The notes under the pieces are model-generated. The model ran no database searches and was not told the DNA's origin. It saw only the letters and a program-made list of their open reading frames with translations. DNA of 59,749 nucleotides from Armatimonadota bacterium (GTDB taxonomy: Bacteria > Armatimonadota > Fimbriimonadia > Fimbriimonadales > Fimbriimonadaceae), in contig JANNQV010000045.1 in assembly GCA_031400935.1 (NCBI GenBank), positions 62,001 to 121,749 on the forward strand, given 5' to 3'. Shown here piece after piece: positions 51,653 to 59,749 of this stretch. The position numbers and the translations under genes are program-made. Within the stretch, counting starts at the first letter, position 1. Each line of letters starts with the position of its first letter.

Positions 51653-52261
51653 TTATCGAGCGTAAAACTCAACAACTTGCTGCTCTTGAAAAAACTTTGG
51701 AAAATCTTCTCGTTCTGGCAATGCAACGATCTTCCCGCTGAAATTGACAGGATCTGAATTCAAATAAGGCGGAATAGCTGCCCCTTCAAAGTGGTTCATT
51801 CGCGCAATTTTCCGGCTTGATTCTCGATCTCGAACGGAAATCACGTCTCCGACTTTGCAGATGTAGCTAGGGATGTCCACCCGATTTCCATTCACCAAAA
51901 TGTGGCAATGGTTGACCATCTGCCGGGCTTGGAACGGTGTTCGGGCAAATCCGATTCGCCAGACCTGAGTTGCAAGGCGCATTTCGAGAAGGCGAAGGAA
52001 ATTGAGCCCGGAATTGCCGTGCATCCGAGTTGCCTTTTCAAAGGTGTTTCGGAACTGCTTTTCCATCATGTTGTAGTAGCGACGGATGACCTGTTTTGCC
52101 AAAAGCTGCTCGCCATATTCAGATTGGCGGCGTTCTTTTTGGTTAGGTCCGTGCTGGCCCGCTGGGTAAGGGCGCTTTGAACTTGGGCATTTGGGCTGTC
52201 CCCAAATGTTGTAGCCGACTAGGCGGCAAATGTCTGTTTTTCTTCCTCTATAAGTAGCCAT
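51653..52261 (-). CDS. rpsD: 30S ribosomal protein S4
   Basis: MATYRG.K, GQHG, SEYG.QL..KQ, LE.RL, ARQMVNH.HI.VNG.RVDIPSY, VVEFYAR; GGAG RBS. Confidence 0.96.
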   Translation of the reverse strand: MATYRGRKTDICRLVGYNIWGQPKCPSSKRPYPAGQHGPNQKERRQSEYGEQLLAKQVIRRYYNMMEKQFRNTFEKATRMHGNSGLNFLRLLEMRLATQVWRIGFARTPFQARQMVNHCHILVNGNRVDIPSYICKVGDVISVRDRESSRKIARMNHFEGAAIPPYLNSDPVNFSGKIVALPEREDFPKFFQEQQVVEFYAR

Positions 52262-52414
52262 TTTCTCCAGTGATCCCTGCTGGTGGGTGCAGCGGCGAAC
52301 GCAAGTTCGTCCTGGGCGTTCGAGCAATGAATTCGGCCAGCAAATTTTCCGAATGTCGGCTCCGCGCCTCACGAATCAAGAATTATGACACATTTTTCAG
52401 ACTACAATGAACCT

Positions 52415-53506
52415 ATGTTTCTTTTAGGCGCATTGATGGTCGATGGAATCCTAAATGGATCAAGTTGTAGATTGGTTGAAATATCTGATCTTTCGCGATT
52501 TTCCCGGGAAGCTAACTTACATTCAAACGAAGTCATTCTTACCTCGGCACCCATTGACCCAGGCACGGATTGGAACGAGCTTGTGCCTAGCTGGAACATC
52601 AAGAACGCGAAGAATTTGAAGCTGAAAGTGGAAGTCCGCACCGTGACAGTTGAAAAGCCTAGCGGATATTTCTGCCTTGGAACGTGGTCATCAATAGAAC
52701 AGCCGTTCGGATCCGTTTCTGGAGCCCGAACATCGTTTAACGACCAAAAATCCGAATTCGGCCAAGTCTTTACCGACACTCTCGTATTGAACAAAGAAGA
52801 ACGACAAGTGGAGCTTCGCTTAACGTTTGGATATGTGTCTTTAGAGCGAGAATCTCGAATTGAGAAACTAACAGAGGGCTTTCAATCCATTCACCTTAGC
52901 TTTCGGAACTCTGTAATCGCTCCAATTGAGCGAGAACCAATCAAATCAGCTTGGGGAAAGACGATTGAGGTTCCAAGGCGATCCCAAATGAGCTACGAAA
53001 ATGGAAACGTGCTTTGCTCTCCGACCGCAACTTCAATGGTTCTTGCCCATTGGGCGACATTCGAGAAAAAACCTGAATGGGACCACGATGTTCCTGAAGT
53101 TGTGAAAGGAGTATTCGATCCAGCATACAAGGGAACGGGAAACTGGGCGTTTAACACGTCGTTTGCAGGTTCCCTAGATGGAATGAAGGGATTCGTCGCT
53201 CATTTGCAAGACATCGCAGACCTTGAAACTCTCATTGATGCCGGGTTTCCAGTGGTTTGCTCGGTTAGTTCTGCTTTACTCAAAGGGAAGCCGAATCCGG
53301 AAGAAAACGATGGACACTTGGTCGTTTTGGTAGGATTTACTTCGGAGGGAAAGACAGTTTTCAACGACCCTGGCAGAAGCGTCGAAATTCGTCAGACTTA
53401 TGAGCGAGACGCATTTTTGCGTTCGTGGTCGAAATCTGGAAGGGCGACATATCTGATCTTTCCAGAGTCAAAAACTCTACCGAAGCTCAGCATCAATTCT
53501 CCATAA
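52415..53506 (+). CDS. Peptidase C39-like family protein
   Basis: SQM....LCSPTATSMVL, GNWAFN, GHLVVLVGF, NDP. ORF track start is 52385. Confidence 0.85.
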   Translation: MFLLGALMVDGILNGSSCRLVEISDLSRFSREANLHSNEVILTSAPIDPGTDWNELVPSWNIKNAKNLKLKVEVRTVTVEKPSGYFCLGTWSSIEQPFGSVSGARTSFNDQKSEFGQVFTDTLVLNKEERQVELRLTFGYVSLERESRIEKLTEGFQSIHLSFRNSVIAPIEREPIKSAWGKTIEVPRRSQMSYENGNVLCSPTATSMVLAHWATFEKKPEWDHDVPEVVKGVFDPAYKGTGNWAFNTSFAGSLDGMKGFVAHLQDIADLETLIDAGFPVVCSVSSALLKGKPNPEENDGHLVVLVGFTSEGKTVFNDPGRSVEIRQTYERDAFLRSWSKSGRATYLIFPESKTLPKLSINSP

Positions 53507-53592
53507 GCGGCTAATCTTAAGAAGTTGCAGGCCTTTAGTCCTGATTTGACTGTTCCACAACCGTTGTTCCATGAGAAGCTAAGGCAATTCAG

Positions 53593-55245
53593 ATGAAAAA
53601 ACCGCTCGTAATTTTGATAATTGTTATCGTTCTGTTCTGCGGAGCAGGCGGACTGCTAATGATGCAGCGCATGAGCCAAGCCGCTGCAGCCGCAGGAAAA
53701 CCAAAGGATGTTGTGACGGTTGAGAAGGGCGAGATTCTTATTCGCGTGGTGGAGAGTGGCACTGTGGACGCTGTGAAGGCTGTTGAAGTCCGGAGTCGTG
53801 CTTCGGGAAGGCTTTCCAGGCTGCTTGCAGATGAAGGCGACTACGTAGAAGCGAAGAATTTGATTGCTATTATTGATCCGCAAGAAACTGAGTTTCGAGT
53901 TCGTCAGGATAGAGCCCAACTAGCGGGAGCATCAAGCGGTGTTGCCAGAACTGAAATCGAAATACGCCAGCAGAGGGCACAGCTTCAAGCCTCCCTTCAA
54001 CAAGCCAAAATGCGCGTGGATGTAATCAAGAGGGAACTTGGCATTCAGCCGACATTGACAAAGAGCACCATCGAAGAAGCTCAATCGAGGGCAGCTTCTG
54101 CAAAGCACCAGCGAGAAACGCTTGTAACCGTAAGCCACCCAAATCAGAGAGTTGACGTTGAAAGGGCGCTTGCGGATGCAAGGAACAATGTCGAGAATTC
54201 GCGCCGCGAATATCTCAGGCAGCAAGATTTGGTTGCCAAGGGATTTGTATCTGGACGGACAGCCGAAACTGCCAAACTTCAGCTTGATCTCGATGAATCT
54301 CGACTTAAGATAGCAAGCTCAACTTCTGAAAGATTGGATCAACAGCAGCGACTTGAACTCCAGAGGGCGAACGATGATGTGAGCAGCGCAGAAGCTGCAT
54401 ATCGAAGGGCATTAACCGGAAAGATTCAGGACGTGACCAAGCTGCGAGAATACGAGCAAGCCGTTCTTGACCTCGAGAAAGCACGAGCTTCACTCTTGCA
54501 AGTTCCAATTTTGCAAAAGGCGAAGGAGCAATCTGCTTCTACTGTAACTCAGCTTCGAAGTGTGTTAGATGACAGCCTTCGACAGTTAAGTGAGACACAG
54601 GTTCGCGCTCCATTTTCAGGGACTGTTTCAAAGAGGTACATCGAAGTTGGCGATCTCGTAACAGCACTCTCGACCTTTAGTCCAGGAACTGCAATTGTCC
54701 GCATCGAGGACCGAAGCAAAATGCGGATCATGCTCGAAATGAATGAAATAGACGTAGCTCGGATCCGAGAAGGAATGAAAGCGGTTATTGACATTGACGC
54801 AATTCCTGGCAAGTCGCTTACAGGAACCGTTCAAAAAATCGCGCCATCAAGCACTGGACTTTCGCAAGCGTCGGCTTCCGGCGGAGCCGTATCGTCCGAT
54901 GCTGTTGTGAAATACACCGTTGAAGTTGTTCTTAGTTCAACATTGCCGCAAATCCGGACAGGAATGACCGCTAAATGCACTCTCGATGTAGTTAAAAAAG
55001 CAAGCGTCTTGCGAATTCCAATCGCGTATTTGGGCAAAGAAAAAGGGGAGACTTTCGTGATGATCGCTCCGGTTGAGGGCAAAGCAGATGCAAAAGCTAC
55101 CCAGCGAGTCATTGTGATTGGTGTGAACACCGGTGCATGGGTCGAGGTTTTAAGCGGACTCAAATCAGGTGAGAAATTGGTGCCACCAACCTATTCTGGT
55201 CCCAAGCGTACGGGCTTCATACAGACCGACGACGAAGAAATGTAA
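53593..55245 (+). CDS. Efflux RND/MacA-type membrane fusion protein
   Basis: N-terminal TM helix, VEVRS..SG, long coiled coil, RAPFSG.V, GMTA, EVLSGL..GE. Confidence 0.88.
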   Translation: MKKPLVILIIVIVLFCGAGGLLMMQRMSQAAAAAGKPKDVVTVEKGEILIRVVESGTVDAVKAVEVRSRASGRLSRLLADEGDYVEAKNLIAIIDPQETEFRVRQDRAQLAGASSGVARTEIEIRQQRAQLQASLQQAKMRVDVIKRELGIQPTLTKSTIEEAQSRAASAKHQRETLVTVSHPNQRVDVERALADARNNVENSRREYLRQQDLVAKGFVSGRTAETAKLQLDLDESRLKIASSTSERLDQQQRLELQRANDDVSSAEAAYRRALTGKIQDVTKLREYEQAVLDLEKARASLLQVPILQKAKEQSASTVTQLRSVLDDSLRQLSETQVRAPFSGTVSKRYIEVGDLVTALSTFSPGTAIVRIEDRSKMRIMLEMNEIDVARIREGMKAVIDIDAIPGKSLTGTVQKIAPSSTGLSQASASGGAVSSDAVVKYTVEVVLSSTLPQIRTGMTAKCTLDVVKKASVLRIPIAYLGKEKGETFVMIAPVEGKADAKATQRVIVIGVNTGAWVEVLSGLKSGEKLVPPTYSGPKRTGFIQTDDEEM

Positions 55246-55263
55246 ACAAGGAATTGCAAGCAC

Positions 55264-56580
55264 ATGGATTTTGGAACAGTACTAGAAACATCGGTCATTG
55301 TGCTCTTTTGGGCTGGGCTCGCAATGTTCATGTGGTGGATGTGGAAGTCTGGCACTGCGCGAATGCTTTTCCAATCTGCATCAATCGCATTCGACATGCT
55401 GAGATTGCACAAGCTGAGAGCGTTTTTGACGATGCTTGGCGTGATTATCGGGGTAATGAGCGTGACGCTCATCGTCATGGTGTCAAACGGCTTTCAGTCC
55501 TTTTTGACTACGGAGTTCTCAAAACTTGGCTCCGACACAATATTTGTTTTCTTTGACCCAGGAAGGCGGAGCTTAAAGACGACCATAGAAGGCTTGACGG
55601 TCGACGACGTTACCTATTTGCGCGACCAAGTGCCAGAAATTGACCTTGCGTCCCCAATCATGCAACTTCCTGGCCAAGATATTGTAGTTGGCGACAAAAA
55701 GATTGACAAGCCAAGGATTTATGCTTCAGACGAAAATTTTATCGAACTCAACCGTGTTGGGATTGCCCAAGGACGAGCACTAGACAAAGAAGATATACGA
55801 AGCCGCGCAAATGTGGCGGTTGTCGGGCCGGAAATAGCTCTGCGACTTTTTCCCGAAGGCAAGCCGCTCGGAAAACTGATCCAATTCAAAGGAATCACTC
55901 TAGAGGTTATTGGCGTTTTCGACAAGCTCGACATGATGGGCGAATCGAACGGCAAAGACGTTGTCATTCCACTCACGACCGCGCAAGACAAGTGGATTGG
56001 CGGAAAGACGATCATGTTCATCACGATGCGCCCCAAGCCTGGTGTTAGCGTGAACGATACGGTTGAACGTGTTTGGCAAGCAATGATGCGAAAATCGGGA
56101 AACAAGCGCATTTATCGCGTGGATTCTCGAGAGTCCATTCTTGGCGTCATGACGGGAATACTCGGCGGCGCAGGTGTGGTTTTGGCTGGAATTGCTGCAC
56201 TTTCATTGTTTGTCGGCGGAATTGGAATCATGAACATCATGCTCGTTTCGGTTACCGAACGAACAAGGGAAATCGGGCTTCGCAAAGCAGTCGGGGCAAC
56301 CCGCAATGTCGTTTTGATTCAATTCTTGGTTGAAGCGGCAGCGTTGAGCATGGTTGGCGGCCTGATCGGCATGGGAGCGGCATGGGTTCTAGGCCAGGGT
56401 GTAACTGTACTGACAGCCTCCGTGAAAGTGCCATCGGAAGCTGGTCTCAATATGGCATTTCCTATGAATGCTGCCATCATGTCCACGCTTTTTTCGGCAG
56501 GGATCGGGGTCATTTTCGGGCTGTACCCTGCCTTCAGCGCGGCAAGGCTGAATCCAATTGAGGCGTTGAGAAAGGAGTAG
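55264..56580 (+). CDS. MacB-family ABC transporter permease
   Basis: LRAFLTMLGVIIGV, VGGIGIMNIMLVSVTERTREIGLRKAVGA, PA..AARLNPIEALR.E. Confidence 0.93.
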   Translation: MDFGTVLETSVIVLFWAGLAMFMWWMWKSGTARMLFQSASIAFDMLRLHKLRAFLTMLGVIIGVMSVTLIVMVSNGFQSFLTTEFSKLGSDTIFVFFDPGRRSLKTTIEGLTVDDVTYLRDQVPEIDLASPIMQLPGQDIVVGDKKIDKPRIYASDENFIELNRVGIAQGRALDKEDIRSRANVAVVGPEIALRLFPEGKPLGKLIQFKGITLEVIGVFDKLDMMGESNGKDVVIPLTTAQDKWIGGKTIMFITMRPKPGVSVNDTVERVWQAMMRKSGNKRIYRVDSRESILGVMTGILGGAGVVLAGIAALSLFVGGIGIMNIMLVSVTERTREIGLRKAVGATRNVVLIQFLVEAAALSMVGGLIGMGAAWVLGQGVTVLTASVKVPSEAGLNMAFPMNAAIMSTLFSAGIGVIFGLYPAFSAARLNPIEALRKE

Positions 56581-56583
56581 GTT

Positions 56584-56674
56584 GGGTCATTGGGTCAATA
56601 GGTTTTGGGTTTTAGAGTTAGGCGAAGCGCGAAGTGCGAAATGTGGAGAGTGGAGAGTGGAGAGTGAAGCGTGG
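56584..56674. repeat. G-rich 8/7-nt tandem tract
   Basis: gggtcatt gggtcaat ... gcgaagc gcgaagt gcgaaat (gtggaga)x3 gtgaagc. Confidence 0.75.
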
Positions 56675-56820
56675 ATTCCCCTTCTTCTCGTTTCATAGCT
56701 TGCAAATTTTTCGAAACGGGAGGAAGGGGCAAGGGGATGGAGGGAATCATTTCTTCACTGTCTCCAAACAGAAGGAATTCACCAATTTTTCGTCGAATCA
56801 AATCAACTGAGACGAATTCA

Positions 56821-57786
56821 ATGAAAAAACTCACTTTCGCTTTTGCCGGAATCCTTGTCGCTTCGATTTCTTGGGCATGCTGCAGTGTAGGGATTGGGAA
56901 GAATTCGGTTTTCTTTGCGGGACAAAGAAACATTATTGTTTGGGACCCTGCCACGAAAACCGAGCACTTTATTCGCCAAGCAGTTTTTGAAACCGAAGGG
57001 GCAAGTTTAGGCTTTATTGCCCCAACACCTTCGATTCCAAAGCTGGAAGAAGTTGATGCTGAGGCGTTTAAGACCCTTGACGATACCGAGCCGCATGAAC
57101 CGACAGGAGGAATGGATAGTGCAGCCGCCTCCGCTGGTGCAACAGAAATGATGCCCCAAATTGTCCAAGAAATGGACATCGCTGGCTACCACGTGGTTAC
57201 TCTTAAGGCTTCCGACGCTTCCGGCCTCGCAAAATGGATGAAGCAGAACGGATATTCGACATCCAAACCCGTCGAAGAATGGACCGAGTTTTACATCAAA
57301 AAGAGCTGGTATTTGACTTGTTTCAAAGTCCTTTCTGATTCAGGGACCGCAAGTACGGGCTTAGTGAAAATGAGCTTCACGACGGAAAAGCCGTTCAATC
57401 CATATCTGGTGCCTGCAGACAACTTTCCGGAGCATGAAGGAATGAGCGTTTTGGGACTATATTTTGTGGGGCCGGGCGTTTATGCCCCTGAAAAGGGTGG
57501 CACCAAGCAAACGCTGAACAAGAAGTGGGAAGCAAGCCTCGACAATAGCACTGTTTCCAAACTGAAAACGGAACTCAAATTAGCTTCTTTGCCCGAAGGA
57601 GCAAGTTTGACGGCATTTGAGGATTCGCAATTTCCAAATATTGAAGCGACTGACGATGTCTACTTTGTTAGAACCGGTGACGTAAAACCAGTTAGGGGTG
57701 ACCTACCGATTTTCTGGATCGTTGTGGCTGGTTCATTTGGTGCACTCTTCGTCGTGTGGCTGATCTTTAGAGACAGATCGGCATGA
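56821..57786 (+). CDS. DUF2330 family protein (paralog 1)
   Basis: Signal ending WACC, IIVWD....TEHFIRQA.F, GFIAPTPS.P, L.ASD..GL.KW....GY; C-terminal TM helix. Confidence 0.75.
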   Translation: MKKLTFAFAGILVASISWACCSVGIGKNSVFFAGQRNIIVWDPATKTEHFIRQAVFETEGASLGFIAPTPSIPKLEEVDAEAFKTLDDTEPHEPTGGMDSAAASAGATEMMPQIVQEMDIAGYHVVTLKASDASGLAKWMKQNGYSTSKPVEEWTEFYIKKSWYLTCFKVLSDSGTASTGLVKMSFTTEKPFNPYLVPADNFPEHEGMSVLGLYFVGPGVYAPEKGGTKQTLNKKWEASLDNSTVSKLKTELKLASLPEGASLTAFEDSQFPNIEATDDVYFVRTGDVKPVRGDLPIFWIVVAGSFGALFVVWLIFRDRSA

Positions 57787-57866
57787 CTATAGTGGTTTTC
57801 GATGAACGACAATATAAAGGAACTTGACAAGCTGCCGTCGAAACCAATCAACAAGGAAGAAATCAG

Positions 57867-58823
57867 ATGAATAGAGTCTACTTTGTGTTTGCCGCAATCC
57901 TTTTCGCTTCGATTTCTTGGGCATGCTGCAGCGTTGGGATGGGCAGCAGCAAAGTCCACTTTGCTGGGCAAAAGAACATCATTGTCTGGGACCCCGCAAC
58001 AAAAACCGAGCACTTTATTCGCCAAGCGTTCTTTGAGACCGATAGCGCAAGTTTGGGTTTTATAGCACCTACGCCTTCGATTCCAAACTTAGAAGAGGTT
58101 GATCCAGAGGCGTTTAAGACTTTGGACAAGACAGATCCGCCGAAAGAGAAGAAGACAGCCGGTGGAAGTGCATTACGAATGATTCCAACGGTCGTCAAAG
58201 AAATGGACATAGCCGGATATCATATCGCAACATTAAGAGCATCGGATGCTTCTGGACTTGCGAAATGGATGAAAGAGCATGGTTATTCGACTTCAAAACT
58301 AATTGAAGCATGGACAGAGTTTTACATCAAGAAGAACTGGTTTTTGACGTGCTTCAAAGTTAATTCAGAAAGTAAGCAAGCCACAACTGGCCTGGTGAAG
58401 ATGAGCTTTACAACTGTAAGGCCTTTCAATCCCTACTTTGTACCTGTAGACAACATCTCTCCGGACAAGTACCGTAATCAACTAGGCCTCTATTTTGTCG
58501 GTCCCGGTGTTTATTCACCAGAAAAGACTGGAACTAAACACTCGATACACGAAAGATGGAGGGCTAGGCTGAATGAAGGAACTATTGAAGAACTCATATC
58601 TCAGCTCAAATTAGCTTCCTTACCAGAACAAGCAAGTATCACTGCCTATGAGGATTTCACGTTTCCAAACTCTGATGCCACAGATGACATCTATTTTGTA
58701 AGGACTGGAGATGCGCCGCCATTCATTCCAAAAGATTCAAAAGCCTGGATGTTTGCAACAATTGGAATCTTGGTTGGAATAACTGCTTGGGCGATCATGA
58801 AAAAGCGATATGCCAAACTTTAG
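57867..58823 (+). CDS. DUF2330 family protein (paralog 2)
   Basis: Same motifs as paralog 1 and collinear over its full length. Confidence 0.75.
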   Translation: MNRVYFVFAAILFASISWACCSVGMGSSKVHFAGQKNIIVWDPATKTEHFIRQAFFETDSASLGFIAPTPSIPNLEEVDPEAFKTLDKTDPPKEKKTAGGSALRMIPTVVKEMDIAGYHIATLRASDASGLAKWMKEHGYSTSKLIEAWTEFYIKKNWFLTCFKVNSESKQATTGLVKMSFTTVRPFNPYFVPVDNISPDKYRNQLGLYFVGPGVYSPEKTGTKHSIHERWRARLNEGTIEELISQLKLASLPEQASITAYEDFTFPNSDATDDIYFVRTGDAPPFIPKDSKAWMFATIGILVGITAWAIMKKRYAKL

Positions 58824-58852
58824 GTTAGTATAACCCGTCAATTCAAGAATTT

Positions 58853-58918
58853 TGGAGCGGGAAACGAGATTCGAACTCGCGACCCTCTCGTTGGCAACGA
58901 GATGCTCTACCACTGAGC
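58853..58918 (-). pseudogene. 5'-truncated tRNA-Gly(GCC); probable att site
   Basis: Reverse complement GCTCAGTGGTAGAGCATCTCGTTGCCAACGAGAGGGTCGCGAGTTCGAATCTCGTTTCCCGCTCCA has intact D, anticodon (GCC) and T arms plus CCA. The first 9 positions read TTCAAAAAG and cannot pair with TTCCCGC. Confidence 0.85.
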
Positions 58919-59749
58919 CTTTTTGAACCTAAAACACACTATTTCAGACCCATAAACAGTATATACCGAGAGTGTCTAGATTGGTATGTTTTTCTTACTG
59001 AATGGCCCTCAGATTTTCAAAAGCCAAACGTTAACCCCATTTCTGAAAGTGTTGATTGAGTTACTGTGATCCGTCCAATGAACCTATGGCTGCAAATTGT
59101 ACATTGCATTATGGGAAACTTACAAAAATGAAAAAGAAAGGAACCATTTCCTATTTGAAATTGGAAATTAGCAACGGGGTCATGGAAATTGCATTGCCGA
59201 CTGGCAAAGTAATCAAGACAGTCTACGTGAAGCGTCAAATCAATGATCCGAGTACCTTCTCTGCAAAGGCGACCTTATACGGCACTGAAGATGAGGACTG
59301 GATTCAATGCAAAGCAATTGAAGCACTTGAGCGGCGCAAAGAGCCACTAGCGAAAAAGAGCGGCACGCTCAATGAATATGCACATACTGAAGAACGAACC
59401 CTTCGAATTCCTGTGCCATTGATTCGACTGCTTCAAGTGCATGGATTCAACTTGCAGGCATATTCGATGGCGGCAATGTTAGTTCATATTCACAATCTTT
59501 GGCTTGCAGATAATTATAGGTCAAGAGGAGTTCCTACTTGGCATTATGAATGGGAAGTTGCCTTGCTCATCGATAAGGAGACTGCAGAAACGTATGCAGG
59601 CAAGCTGTGCAAGAAGAAGCTTTTGATACAGATTAAAGGTAGAAATTGGAAGGGAAAGCGGCGCAACAGGTATGTCGTTTCTAACAACGTCAAGAATGCA
59701 ATTTTAGGCAATTTTGCCTCAAGCCCAAGTGCTTCAGCCGTGCCGACTG
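58919..59749. mobile_element. Probable end of an integrative element/prophage inserted at tRNA-Gly
   Basis: Borders the tRNA 3' fragment on the side expected for the element; AT-richer spacer and a non-housekeeping ORF. No integrase in the window. Confidence 0.55.
59128..59749 (+). CDS. Partial hypothetical protein, possible winged-helix/replication-initiator-like
   Basis: Read by hand: MKKKGTISYLKLE... open to the window end; includes EVALLIDKETAETYAGKLCKKKLLIQIKG..KRRNRYVV. Not in the ORF track. Confidence 0.6.
   Translation, partial: MKKKGTISYLKLEISNGVMEIALPTGKVIKTVYVKRQINDPSTFSAKATLYGTEDEDWIQCKAIEALERRKEPLAKKSGTLNEYAHTEERTLRIPVPLIRLLQVHGFNLQAYSMAAMLVHIHNLWLADNYRSRGVPTWHYEWEVALLIDKETAETYAGKLCKKKLLIQIKGRNWKGKRRNRYVVSNNVKNAILGNFASSPSASAVPT

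Noticed and set aside
16725..56580. Orphan ABC components (UgpC-like, MlaF-like, pstB, MacA/MacB without ATPase) as one novel system
   Set aside because: They are scattered and belong to different families; partners are probably encoded elsewhere in the genome.
58853..58927. Functional tRNA-Gly
   Set aside because: The 5' acceptor strand is absent, so no acceptor stem can form.

Overview
A 59.7-kb bacterial chromosomal segment of mostly housekeeping and envelope genes: radC, pyrF, short leuA, dacB, pstB, aroC, aroA, cmk, rpsD, an ECF sigma/anti-sigma pair, a PAS-GGDEF protein, a Planctomycete-type PSD1/DUF1501 pair, a PEP-CTERM protein and two DUF2330 paralogs. Gene content suggests Armatimonadota (Fimbriimonadaceae-like), which is an inference. 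Main points: (1) a DsbD gene has an in-frame TGA exactly at the first Cys of its thioredoxin CxxC motif, followed by a SECIS-like hairpin, so it is a candidate selenoprotein. (2) A 5'-truncated tRNA-Gly(GCC) near the right end looks like the att site of an integrated element, followed by a partial wHTH-like ORF. (3) About 11 intergenic tracts of drifting 7-, 8- or 9-nt tandem units show a consistent G-rich-then-C-rich polarity. (4) There are REP/REPIN-like palindrome doublets. (5) Several genes carry TANNNT boxes 5-7 nt before the start codon, a leaderless-mRNA signature. (6) There is a DUF1272 pseudogene. All family calls come from motif recognition by eye; no database searches were run.
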